DNA of 64,000 nt from Ramazzottius varieornatus (lineage: Eukaryota; Animalia; Tardigrada), in assembly GCA_001949185.1 (NCBI GenBank), contig BDGG01000001.1, positions 4,019,624-4,083,623 of the forward strand, given 5' to 3'. Numbering within the stretch: position 1 is the stretch's first letter; each line of letters opens with the position of its first letter. Shown here piece by piece: positions 1-11,932 of this stretch. The position numbers were made by a program, and so were the translations under genes. The notes below the pieces were generated by a model that saw only the letters and a list, made by a program, of their open reading frames with translations, did not search any database and was not told where the DNA came from.

Positions 1-1830
1 GATATCCATCGTTCTCTTGCGATCTTGTGCTTCTTTCGGGATACAATGGCGGTAAGTGGTCTAGAAGTACTACATGAGAGCGCTTGGTAATAACTTAGTT
101 CGAAACTTCTAACGACAACATCCACCTTGATCCATTTTCCGATTGCAGAGTTCAAGCTCGGCCAAAAGATCCAGACTAGGTACTTCCTCAAGCGCGACTC
201 TTCAGTCCCAGGAAAGCCGACAAGAACAGGAAAACAACCATGGCTTACCGCAATTTGAACAGGATATACAGCTGGTTCGAACCTGTACACAAACTCTAGA
301 TGAGCTTGACCAACTCCAAACAGTAATGGACGTAAGTCTAGATCTGCTGCTTACGTACGTTGATCGACCAATATTTTGGCAGCTACCTGTCTTGGAGTAA
401 ACTATCTCTAATGTTATACCAGGTGGCAGGTAATCAGTCGATGCCCACAATGACGCACTGGCTGAACGAGAAATTAATGCGTTTAACAGAATGAGAAAAT
501 GGCAGTGCCTTCCGAGTAGATACGAACTGCGTCTTTGTGATGACATCGTTCACTGGAGCAGCTTTTGAAATGCTGAAGCAGGCTGGGGCATCCGTCTTCT
601 CCCCGTACTGTGCGCTGGCCGCACTTCGTCCAGGAATAAAACTTCCTGTGGAACGCGGCTGCGCCATAACCAACATTGCCCTGGTGAAACCGCTGTTCAA
701 ACATGCCCACCGAACATCGCGTAAGTCCATGGAACCTATCAAGACATTAGTAGGTATGCTGCAGATTTCTGTTGTTTAGACCGACATTTTCCAAAAGGTT
801 CAGAAAATGGGTGGACTCACGAGTGCAGCGTTAACTGCCACCTGCACACATCTGGTCACACCTGTTGTCGGTTCCGGGAAGTACCATGTACGTTTTAAAG
901 TGCCATTCTTCAAAAGCGATTCTATGCGGTTGATTTTGCTGTAGGCAGCCAAGGAAAACGGGATAAAGGTGGTGCTTCCAGGATGGGTGGATGAGATTTA
1001 CAGACTGGGAATGATGACGGACCAAGACTACAGTGATGATGCAAAGCTGGCCACGAAGTTCGCCACGCCGATTTTCGCCGGAGTATCGGTATCCGTCTCG
1101 CAGGCTTCCCAACCGCAACGACTAGAGGTGGGTCGGGAGACGTTTCTTCAGGGAAACGTGTCACCTTCTCTATATGAATTAATGTGCTCAGTTTTTTCAT
1201 AGATTAAGACGCTGATGATGGAATATGGCGGTGAATACGGCGATGATTTCACCCGAGCAATCGCAAATCCGACGGGCAATAAGTATGCCGCAGCTGGCGT
1301 CTGGATGGTACCCATCGTGCGATCGCAGTGGATGTACGGTTCTGTCAAGAAAGTACTAGAGGCTTATTTTGCTTTTCTGCCTTTTAGTACGGAATCATAT
1401 GGGGAACGAAGGACAGTTCGTGGATGCAAAAAGGTTTTTTTTTTGCAGGGTACTGTCTAGATTACGGAAAGTATCTACTGGAAGGACTGAAGGTCCCTGG
1501 GACACTAGTGAAAAGTAAAGGTACTTCCAGGTACCTTAAGCATGGTTTTATACATCAGTGATCCGCGTCCCGTTCTGCCAAGATTTTCTACTTATGTTGC
1601 CCCGCTTGTTAGGTGAGTCGCTGCAGTATGCAGGACAAGAGCAGGCGGCGCTTTCGAATGTTACCAAGGAATGTGTGGTCTGTGTGGGAGAGCCAGCGAC
1701 TGTAGCCTTTATCCCGTGAGGAAATCGGCATACCTGTTCTAGTTGTACCAAGCTTCTCTTCGAAAGTGAGGGCAAGTCTTGCCCTTCCTGTCGCGAAAAG
1801 ATTGAACGCTGCTGCCGCATATTCCTGTGA
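1..1830 (+). pseudogene. TopBP1/ECT2-like BRCT0-BRCT1-BRCT2 module followed by a C-terminal C3HC4-type RING finger; 5' end outside window; probably decayed
   Basis: Exons translate to FVMTSFTGAAFEMLKQAGASVFSPYC (BRCT0-like), VQKMGG...CTHLVTPVVGSGKY...VVLPGWVDEI (BRCT1-like) and FATPIFAGVSVSVS...YGGEY...PTGNKYAAAGVWMVPIVRSQWMYGSVKK/GYCLD (BRCT2-like). The last exon (1613-1830) reads ECVVCVGEPATVAFIP*GNRHTCSSC...CPSCREKIERCCRIFL*. Lesions: in-frame TGA at 1717-1719, an apparent phase mismatch at the 1449 acceptor, and no THL strand in BRCT2. Confidence 0.7.
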
Positions 1831-2397
1831 TGAAAATTACAACAGTAGGCAGCTACCGGCATGTTTGTGCTATCCGAGTTTTTGGACGGTGCTTTTGATT
1901 CACTTCTAGTATTCTGGAGAAAAAATCTCTCATGGAAACGCAACAATTCTAGTTATTCTTTGTTTCCCAGGTTTAGCAACCGATACAGTAACATAACACT
2001 ACAGTACGTACTGCTTTGTACAGCATATTTCATCAAGATACCGCCAAGTAGTTTTCGATATGGAGAGTATTCCGCTGGAAGGCGGACGAACAAAGATTCA
2101 CGAGAAAAGAATGCAGGAACTATTTTTCGGTCACATAGGCGCACTTCCAGCTAAGTGTTGAACATTATTCTTCCAAGGTATTCCTCCACCATGTTTAATT
2201 CAGTGTCCGATGGAGCGTGGTTTATGATTATCATTTCTGAGTGATAGCTTCCATTCGTAAACAAACCTGGTTTTCAATTGCCGGCAGTGGACTGTTGTCC
2301 AAACAAAGAAATGCAAGCGGTGCACAAAGTCACCTGTGTGCCATGCGGAAGTCGCTAGAACTGTGCCAGGAACTGCCTGAGCTCGTCGGCGACGCCT

Positions 2398-3304
2398 GTG
2401 TTCGCATTCATTTTCTTCGTCCTCAGTATCGAAGTATCTCTATCAAAGCCAGCCCACCACAAGATCAAGCTCCAAGTATTTCTCGGTGCAAAACAGATCG
2501 AAGTCCTGCCTCTCCTTGACAGAATGGAGGTTCGGGTTTCTCTGTCCATAATCTGCTTGTTCATAGGCGTACCCTACCGTGGCGCCACTCCGTCTCATGC
2601 CGTACCTAAATGGGTGATATTCAATTGTGCTAGCCGCCCAGCTGGATTCTATGCTGATCGTGTACGGGGATGTCACGGTATTGCTTCAAGGTTTGGGATC
2701 CTGAGTGCCGACATGTGACTATTGCTATGTGTTGCAGTGTTCAACTTTTGCTCAGTGAGCGGTCTGAAATTTGAATTCGTCTGTCCAAGTAAGTACAACT
2801 GAGAGCTCGGTAAACAAAATCGATCAGATCGATTTTTTCAAGTGGCGCATGCTTCCAGCCAAATTACTGGAAAGGCGCGCCACATGGGAAACGACGTGGT
2901 TGACTATTTGGTTTTATGGCATATTTTTAAATACCTGATAAACGTTCGCTTCCTTTGCAGACGATATGTTGTTTGATACTGGAAAGGTGGACTGCGTGGA
3001 CCCGGCGCTCGTGCCAGTGAGCTGTCCGACAATATGGGAGGTACCTGACGTTTCCCAAGGAATGGTTGTTGCTCCAGCAGAAATGCTAGCTGGCGAAGAA
3101 GACCTGGTGAATGCAGTGCTCCCACCTCGCTCGTCTGAAAGATTAAGCGGAAGCGGTACGAATGCTCGGAATCTCATGGATTCTATTCGTGGGCTGGTCG
3201 TCGTTCCAGACGGCACCACCTCTCCGACGCCTCTTCGGAGTACGACGATAAAGAGGAGATCGCGGAGGACGACGTTGGTCACATCGACGAACAGCTCGAA
3301 ATAG
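2398..3304 (+). CDS. Secreted chitin-binding type-2 (peritrophin-A/CBM14) domain protein; start codon unresolved
   Basis: Spliced exons give FNCASRPAGFYADRVRGCH|VFNFCSVSGLKFEFVCP|NDMLFDTGKVDCVDPALVPVSC (six-Cys CBM14 spacing). Hydrophobic leader VFAFIFFVLSIEVSLS, Ser/Thr-rich tail, stop at 3304. No in-frame ATG was found next to the leader. Confidence 0.75.
2795..2900. repeat. Palindromic dispersed element copy (intron of chitin-binding gene)
   Basis: caagtggcgcat (2839-2850), 24-nt spacer, gcgcgccacatg (2875-2886); left arm gagagctcggtaaacaaa...gatc. Confidence 0.85.
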
Positions 3305-3520
3305 AGAAGATGGATTAGGGCGATTCGGAATCAAAGCGTAAAGATGCGTACGCTTCTTGGTTACTAGATCAGCCGTACTTGCAATTCATATCCACCTATT
3401 ACCAGTTTACCATTAATTGCCGCAGTAGAATATTTACTGTTATGCCGTCACGTCGACTGAACTCATACATTAGTTAAGTGATTAGGAAAAGAAACCAATA
3501 CTTTAATAAGTCGTACTCCA

Positions 3521-4587
3521 TTATTTGAAAGATTTCGGGAATAGTTTCCGGATCCTAGATCGGAAGTCCCGGTGAAAAACACTGTACAGAAGTGGATTAA
3601 CGGCGGAGTTCGGGCATTTCAGGTACGGTAGCCAGTTGCATATTTTTGGGTACCATACGAGAAACACTGCTCCGCGAATCAACGTCGCGAAATAGTAAAC
3701 ATAGAGCAGGAGCCAGGAGACGGAAAAGTCCAAAGCTACCATGATCGCTGTCAGTAAGATAGCCTTTTGCTACGCGCACGCAAAATACGGCGTGGCAAAC
3801 GAGCTGCTTGATCTGTATGGTTGAGCTCATTAATCGCAGGGACGGTGGGAAGAGCCTTCCACAGACATTCTAAGATCTGCTGTGATACGCATGGAAGACA
3901 GGATCCAAGAAGCCGCAGACTTTGGGGGCTGGCAGGGTTCGTGTTGCTACTTGGTGACCGATTCTCAAAACTTTGGCTCGATGATAGAGACTGAAAGTAC
4001 TTAGAACGACATAACGAATGGTGCAACCTTAAATCTCCACAACGACTGCAGCTGTCCAGTTTTCTGTACGTCCCAATTACAATCGTTTGAGGAATTTGCC
4101 TTCTCAATGACGAACCCGGGAACCCAAATAGCGGCTGTGAAGAGCCAGGTGCAAACTGTAGCTGCGCGTTTGAATACAGAGCCGCGACCCTTCTCGGTCC
4201 ATCGATACACTGACCAGAGATGTTCCAGGCTGATTATGGCTGAGGTGGCTACAGATTCGAAGGTGAGTGGCCAGTCGAGAAACATGTGGACGGAACAGGA
4301 ATACTCGCCATGGGACCAGTAGCCGTATTAAGTGTAGATACCGAAACAAGGAAGTCCGCGATGGCTAGGTTTCCGAGAAGGACGTTGAAGTAGTTGTGGA
4401 GCTCACGGTTACGGAAGAAAACAAGCACAACGAGGCCGTTGCCCATCAAAGTTAGCACAATTATCAAGCTCAAGCCAAAAATTTGAGGTCCGACAACAGA
4501 AAGACTTGGGGGAGCAGATGGTGTACATGTGCTGTTCGAACTCGTGTCTGACAGGTTTCCTGCGGAAACTGTGGCTGTTAGGTTCAT
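3521..4587 (-). pseudogene. Intronless rhodopsin-family (aminergic/histamine-receptor-like) GPCR pseudogene
   Basis: N-glycosylated N-terminus (MNLT, NLSD), TM1 GNGLV, TM2 NLAIADFLV, ECL1 YGYWSHGEYSC, a degenerate DRY (SLEHLWSV) and TM7 NSAVNPLLYS. These are spread over several frames (ORFs 4249-4626, 4001-4285, 3751-4107, 3521-3742) with an in-frame stop at 4001 and no obvious introns to rescue the frame. Confidence 0.8.
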
Positions 4588-5576
4588 CTTAAATTGCGAA
4601 GGAGAACCCAATGCGCCGCCATACAACGAAGAGGTTGAGTGTGAGTTCCAAAACCAGGTCCTCTACGATCAGATCAACCGAGGAACACGAAGCCCCTTGT
4701 TCACCGGAAACTTCCTATGAGAGAAAATGATTAGTCGTGAAATTTCCTCCGTATGAATTCCAATCTCCGGGTACTTGCTGTCGATGGATCTCACATACGA
4801 GATGGAAATATGGAACAAGCTATTGAGCGTGGTGAAAGTCCACCTTTTTTGGCTCATTTTGTTTCCGGTCGGAGCAAGGTACGGTAAATTCATCAGAAAA
4901 AATGCCTGGGGTGACTAACTGAACTCTGGAAGTTGATAGGTGGTGTTGCCCACTTCTGACTTGGACGACACAGACGAGGAAGAACGCTTCTGAACACGTC
5001 ACTGCATATTAGAGATGGCTCTTGGTATGAAGGAAGCCAACATCTGTCTGTTCATCGCGATCTTGAGGGTTGTCTTGTGCGTTGACCAACCATCACACGC
5101 ACGGCTCAGAAGCTTCTGCATTTTTGAACTTCAGAACCCGTAGGCAAATCACAAAGGTCGTGTAGACTGGTGACCAGTAAAGACCAGTAACCAGGTGTAT
5201 TTTTTCTCAACAGCGGATATTAGAAGGTGTGTATCGCTGAAATTGACTTGGCGGTTCCTTTGTAATGATGATTAAAGGGAAATTTCATGGTGAACGAGTC
5301 ACTTTTCAAGGGCAACCGATAGGGCCGAAAGGGAACAAAGGCGGAAGCTAATTGAACTTTAGTGTCTCCTTTATTCTTTTATAAAACCGCAGACCGGCGC
5401 TGTCAGAAGACCGATCCGCCCTAAAGGACCTACCCATCTTCCGGCTTAACTTTGGCCGAAACACACCTACATTATCAATACATGCGATCTAGGTAACGTG
5501 TTACCGTGTGCCCGAAAATCTGTTCTATTTTTCCTGCACGTTTACCGAAGTCGATTGTTGAAATCTCAGATAAATG

Positions 5577-5700
5577 AAGTTGGGCAAACAGAACGTACAA
5601 AATAGTGGTTTCAAATGCCGCGCGTTTTCATTGTTATTGATCGGAAGGGTGCGCCACTCACCGCAACTCAAAATTTTGTACGTTTTGTTTGCGCACCTTC
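5577..5700. repeat. Palindromic dispersed element copy (intergenic, downstream of Dll)
   Basis: caaatgccgcgc (5612-5623), 25-nt spacer, gtgcgccactca (5649-5660); the outer arms ggcaaacagaacgtacaaaat and attttgtacgttttgtttgc are near-perfect inverted repeats. Confidence 0.8.
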
Positions 5701-8696
5701 ATAACATGTTATACTATCCCGAAAACAATCAAACGTTCCGCATTTCAAAGGTTGATTCGAGACCTTGTCTTGGTCGACTCAACAGTCGGGCGGCCATCCC
5801 ACTTTCTTCTGAGATGATCCCTCTGCGCAGAGCGGGACCAGGGCTGAAATTTATTAGGTGTGTCAAATGAGGTAGTGCGATAATTGCTGCTTTGTCAATG
5901 GGAAATTATTGGCGCATTGAGAAGTCCGTTGGGGCCATACGACCAGATCGTCTGGGTAGGCGTTTTGTGGCTGAAGAAAGTCCGTGTCTGGACTGTCTGG
6001 TATATCTCGGGCGTGGACGGAAGATGCGCCAGAATATGACAAAACTGGCGTCGTGATGCCGAATACCTGAGGCTACGGTACCTGTCGTTCATCACGCCAT
6101 CTTGTCCGACTCCTTTTCGCCAGAAGACTCATCATTCTTGCCTGAAATATATTTACTACAACAGACGCGAGATAGCAAGCTGTCAAACGACCGAAACTTG
6201 TCGCCGGAAGACATCGGCTTTTGTCTAGGGTGCTCGTAGTGAACTCTTAGTCTGCCTACAACGGCTTGTTCTTCCTCAAACACAGCCGTGATAGACAAAG
6301 CATACACCGCTGTTTGGATATAAAAATGTCTCTGAGATCTGATACAGTCATGGATAATTACAAGTCTCGTAGACCAGCGGATGATTTATGAAGTTCCTTG
6401 TCATTGGAAGTTCTTACCGTGATGTACTTGTGCATTCTGAGTATATTTCGCCGGCAAGACGTTCAGAAGAACTTCGAGACTAACGTTGCCACCATGTTAC
6501 GCATTCACTGACGGTTCATCTCTTTCTATTCCATCCCAAAAAAAGGGTGGAAAAACGCTTCAGTTTGCACTCTCCGTATGTTCCGTGCAGCTTTGCTGTG
6601 GTTTTGACAGAATCGGACAGAACATAATTACTTACAAACGAAAATCAAACTAAGCGTTGAGAAAATAAAGTTTCTTTTGGAATCGAAATACTTTCGCATC
6701 TTAGTGACGAAAATCCTTTAAAAACCGGTTAGAAATGTGCCGTAATTACGCGACCGTCATGCACCACGACGGTTTTTCTCACAAGACACCGCCCTCTGTT
6801 GAGATTAGCCTCATCTTCTGTGCGGTGATGTTGGCGTCAGCCAGGGGATTGTTCTCGAGACCTCATCCCGGCTTACATCCGACTTCTTAAGACGGAGAGA
6901 ATGTCGTGACCACAGGCCATCGTCGTCAGTTTGTCTTTTGACAGTACATTTTGGCAGGAAGACTATTGTACCCCGACTATTCTATTCTTCCCTGAACAAT
7001 GTGGCGCACATAACGCATTATTCCGCATGATCATCGACTACTCCGCCCATTGGAATTCTAAGTGTAATCATCTCTTGAACTTACATGTCCGCCGCGAGTA
7101 ATCAGACAGTCTGTTTATATTTTAGACCATTCATCGGTACTCATGTAGACTCGTAAAGCCTTGTAGTCATCGCGGCGAAGTTGGGGTTATTCTGAATGCA
7201 ACATTACTAATCGATAAATGTAATCCACACCATAACAGCACTCAAACCTGCTTGAAATACGAAGGGATAATAGCCTATAGTGAGCCCACTGAACCATCTG
7301 GGTCCTCAAGGAAAACAAAGCAAAAGTCAACGGCTCTAACATCCATTGATCCAGTGACCTGAACCTTGCTTCTCTCCCCACGTGATCCGCACAGTCATGT
7401 CGAAAATTCGATAAATAAATCTTCGGCAAATAAACATCAAGCAGGGATTTCAGCACACGTCATATGTTCTTTCTTATACACGGGCATTAATAGGTAGAAT
7501 ATTTCGGGCAGGGTTAATGCGGTCAAATCTGCGCAGATGTGTTGATGTCTTCATTAGGGGCTAACATGGAATTATGCCTTTGGTCTTTGTTTGCGCACAA
7601 GGGTTAATTTCAGCCGGTTTGTAACGAGAAAGTAATGGGTTCGTCAAAGTCCTAATAACCCATTACGCGCACAGCGGTGTCGTTATCGCTACTGAAAATA
7701 GGCATCATAAAGTCGTTATAGAATGTTTTGATTTGAAGGTGATGATTTTGGTACCTCCAAGCTTGTGAGGCTGATTGAATTCCAATCTGATCTCTTTGAT
7801 GGCCCTCAGCATACCCAGAGCACCTTTAGATATTCACCTGAGGATTTCTCTGCATGAATATTTCGGACGAAGATCCTTTCCGGTCGAAAAACTCGCTGTG
7901 GTGAAAAAAACCACGGAAGAAGGTCGGGGCTGAAATCTCCGCAGAACAGACACTGAACGATCGGTATCAATACCTCGAAGGAAAAATTCTTTTGTACGCT
8001 TGATTAACCACGCGAATGTGTAAGCACGAGCCAGCATCGGCATTTTGGGCACAGAAAAAAGTGGTAGTGGACGAGTAGGTTACTGAACGCTGTGCAGTGT
8101 CGCGGACTGCAAACTCGCAGCTCGATCATGCGCAACGCTCCTCAACGAGCCGGCCTCGAGCACTGAGTTCAATAATACTCGGTTCGACCGACGAGTGAAC
8201 TGCCAACAAGGTTCCCTGAAAAGAAGGCAAAGAAACCCTGCAGGGCCGAATCTGAACTGCCGGGTCGAAGTATTCGCTCATCCGGCGCATTCAATGTTAA
8301 GCTTTCTTCATGCTTTTGCGCCACTGAATATCACACGGTTCTTTATTCGAAACGAGGACAATTAATTTATGATAAATGCGGTTATGTACAACAAAAAAAT
8401 GGGTACTAGTAATTGTGGAATGCTTTCACACCGCAAAAGACAAAAACGTGTCTACATCGGTTCGCGCAGTGCAAAGTAGAATTACCAAAGTATACGAGTG
8501 AAAAGTGAGATGGGTTATCCAGCACGCGTGGCCATTTTGGTAAAAGTCGCAAAAAGAGAAACGAAACCAAGAGAGATCAAACGGGGATACTTTCGGGGGT
8601 GCATTCGTACCGCACACATCCGATCGCAAGAAACTGGTTCGTTGATTTTGGCATTTTCGAACAAAAATTAAAAAAGAATCCATGTTCTTCGTATCA

Positions 8697-11600
8697 TCAA
8701 GCAGTCGGCCACTTGGGCTGATGGCCCATATTTTCCGACGGGTACCAATAGGCGCCATTGACAGGATGTCCCAGGTGTTGCTGATGATGTATGAAGTTAG
8801 GATAGCCTGCAGGAATGTTCATGGCCGCGCCGTTGGCCATGGCGAAAGGTGAGGGTTTAGTCTCGTTGACCATGTCCCATGTGGCCATCGGAGGTGTGTA
8901 GTGGCCTTGTGGCGGACCATGAGGTGGGGAACAGCTTTGCATGGAAGGGTCATTAGAGCCATTGCTAACAGGACCGTTCTGCTGCATCATGCCCACACTG
9001 TCACGACCCATGCAGTTGTTCACTGCCGGGGAACAGTGCTCGTCTGCCGGTGAGGGACAACCAGGGGATTGTGGTGGTGACTGGCCGCCACATTCCCCAT
9101 CGTCCGAGTCGGGCGTGCCTTCGTGCGCGTCGTGACCTTTTCCGCCCTTTCCGGCACCGCCTTGGCCTTTGTTCAGCTTCTTGAACTTGGAACGACGATT
9201 TTGAAACCATATTTTGACCTGTACAGAAAGAGGGATATTGAATTTCCGTGTAGGTTTTGTCGAGTAAGTGTATGGTCGGTCATGGCAAAGGGGGATTTAT
9301 ATGCGATCATATCGATGTCAATTAACGGACGATAAAACCTATCAGCGGCCCATGCGACGGCAACACAATCGTGCTTGCGAAGCTGCCGCCACTCGATAAC
9401 ATCAGCCGAAAATCTCTGAATAATAGAGCATTACTAAGATTTATAACATGTTGTAAATTCGTCCGAATATTCCGTGACTTGCCCCGGATCATACTTCCTG
9501 CCTTCCGTGAACTTGAAACAGTCGCGAAAAAAGCCTGATCAATTTCTATACGATCTTCTTCAGATTGTATTGCTCTAATTTTCTTTCGAATATTCCAAAA
9601 TGTTTTTCTTGAAAATTTCGATAATGTTTCCGTGTTGATGGACAGCCGAAAAAATATATCAGAACTTGGAGAAACATCCTGTGGAGAACCTTTTAAAGCT
9701 AACCAAATCTGAAATTTGTCGACATGGGCCATATAAGTAAGTGATAATCTTCAGCGTAATTCGATTTATGAACGCTTTGTGGTTGTACACGAGCAATATC
9801 TATAGTTTATTTTGCAACGATGGCCTCCTGCCGGGTCGACAATGTTGCTCACCAAGTGAAGCCGCCCAGAGCGCTGCAGTTAACTGGATGGGTTAGCCCG
9901 ACTGCGGAGCTTGATCCAACCTAATTAATTTGCCTAAACATATCGCTAATATAAAATTAACGAGTCTCCAGAGGGACTCTATCGATGCCATCATCAGCTT
10001 ATAACTGCCCTCAAATCCCTTCACACAACATACACCTACTGTTTATCCCTCCACCAGCATATGTGCTCTCAATCCGATACGCGTCTTTCAGGTTCTGATT
10101 TATGTAAACGATGTTTGTCAAAGATAGTCTTCTGTATGAAAAGAAGCTCAATCAAGGCACTGATGGGTGCACGTCGATGCGGCCGGATGTGCCTGCAATT
10201 TGCTTTTGGGCTTCTACCCTGTTTGGGGCCTATGGTGGCAGCGCACGCAAGGCTGCGTGGTCGGCATGACGCCAGTAAGGCACTCCTCCATCCCTGAACC
10301 ACTTTATGTGATCCCTCTTCACAAAGTGTTCGCATGATGAACGAGCCATGTCAGCTGCAAGCGAGCTCCCGAATTGAAAAATTGCTCAAGTGTAATCAAT
10401 ATTGCGTTGTACAGTAAAAGAGGAGAACTACTCCGGTGAGGATTGCAAAACAGACAGCACCGCGTCGGCGTTATGTCCCAAGAGCTTAGCCAAGACCGGC
10501 CGACATCCCACGAACTTCTAGATTTTAGTTATCTCGTGCAAAAGCGATGTCTTCGATCGCTGACGGAGTATTTCTTCCACTTATTCTTTCAAAAAAGAGG
10601 CCTGAAAAATTCTCTCGTGATTTCTGAAGACATGGTTTACCTGAGTTTGTGTCAGTCCGAGTGATGCGGCGAGCTCGGCGCGTTCCGGCAGGGCTAAATA
10701 TTGGGTCCGCTGAAAACGCTTGTTCAGTTGCTGTAACTGGAGGCTGGAGTAAATGGTCCGCGGTTTCCGCATCTTCTTCCCTTTGGCATTGCGAGTCAAC
10801 GGAGCTCCCTCTTCCATTATTCCTTGCTTCTCTGTAGCAATAAAATAGAACTGAGTTTTCAAGAAACTCGATTTTACGGGGTACCAAAAGCAGAATATTT
10901 AAGGTGTGGATACAAGTAAGAATAGCGCACTGTGAGTTCGGCATACTTTCTAAAGTCTTTCCTAGAGAAGTCTTCAACTGTCCACCTTGGGTATTGTTAT
11001 GGTCACCTGACGGCTGCTTGCGCCACGCAGGCACATATTTGGGCAGATTGCAAACCTCCCTTTTGAATTTACGGCAAGTGTGCTGTCGCAATTGATTACT
11101 GGCAAAAGCTATTACAAAATCTCGCTCAAAGACAACCTGCGGGGAAATGGCGGACAGCACGCTATGCTTTTATCCCTCTTGTGCTCTTGATGATTGTAAA
11201 CTACTGCCCAAAGTACAGCAGAGTAGAGCTTGAAGACACTTTCGACGGCTGAAACTCGTGATGAAACTTGTTAATCATAAAATATTAATTTCCCCCACTC
11301 CCGACTGGTGGCTACCGTGCCATAAAGGTAGCATGAAGCCAGCGCTTACAGGCAATCTGAGAAGTAATTAAGGTCACCAACTGTCGGCACTGTCTCTTAC
11401 AAATGGCCTGAACGTGCTGACTAGCCTTATCAATAACCTGGCAATTATTGTAGGCTACAAAAAAGGACTTTATCAAGACTTCATAAAAACCGTCTTGCCT
11501 AGACACCATACTTGCATTTCATCCTCAGTCTATAGACGGAATATCCAGTGAATATTTGGACATATTCAAACAACATTCGGACTGTCCTGGAATATATTCA

Positions 11601-11932
11601 AAAAATATTCGGATATTTTTGTGAAAATCCTTACCGTCACTGGGTGGAGTATTGCATGTGGCGGAATAGATGCCCAGTCCGGAGAAAGAATTTCCGGGTC
11701 CGCCATTCTGCCCGTAAGCGGCTGCTTGTTGATGGGCAGTGTGAAGGTGTGCGGCGTAGGGCGAGTAAGCTGCGGCGAAGGACCTGGCGGACTGGTTGGC
11801 CTGGGCTGCAGCAGAAAACATGGAGTCATGATGGTTCTGATTGACACCGGGATGACCGCTCATGGCATAACCGGTACTACGGATGTTGGAGTAGGGATTA
11901 TTAGCATAAACATTGGACTGTTGGATATCCAT
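8697..11932 (-). CDS. Dll: Distal-less (Dlx) homeobox transcription factor, 3 exons, 336 aa
   Basis: Exons 11932-11635, 10831-10641 and 9218-8697 join in frame with GT-AG sites (1011 nt). Homeodomain [44 protein letters not shown]|[14 protein letters not shown] with the canonical Dlx intron between Q and V. C-terminal YWY motif. Confidence 0.97.

Noticed and set aside
10525-11160. 211-aa ORF overlapping Dll exon 2
   Set aside because: Alternative frame over the homeobox exon and intron; no protein-like features.
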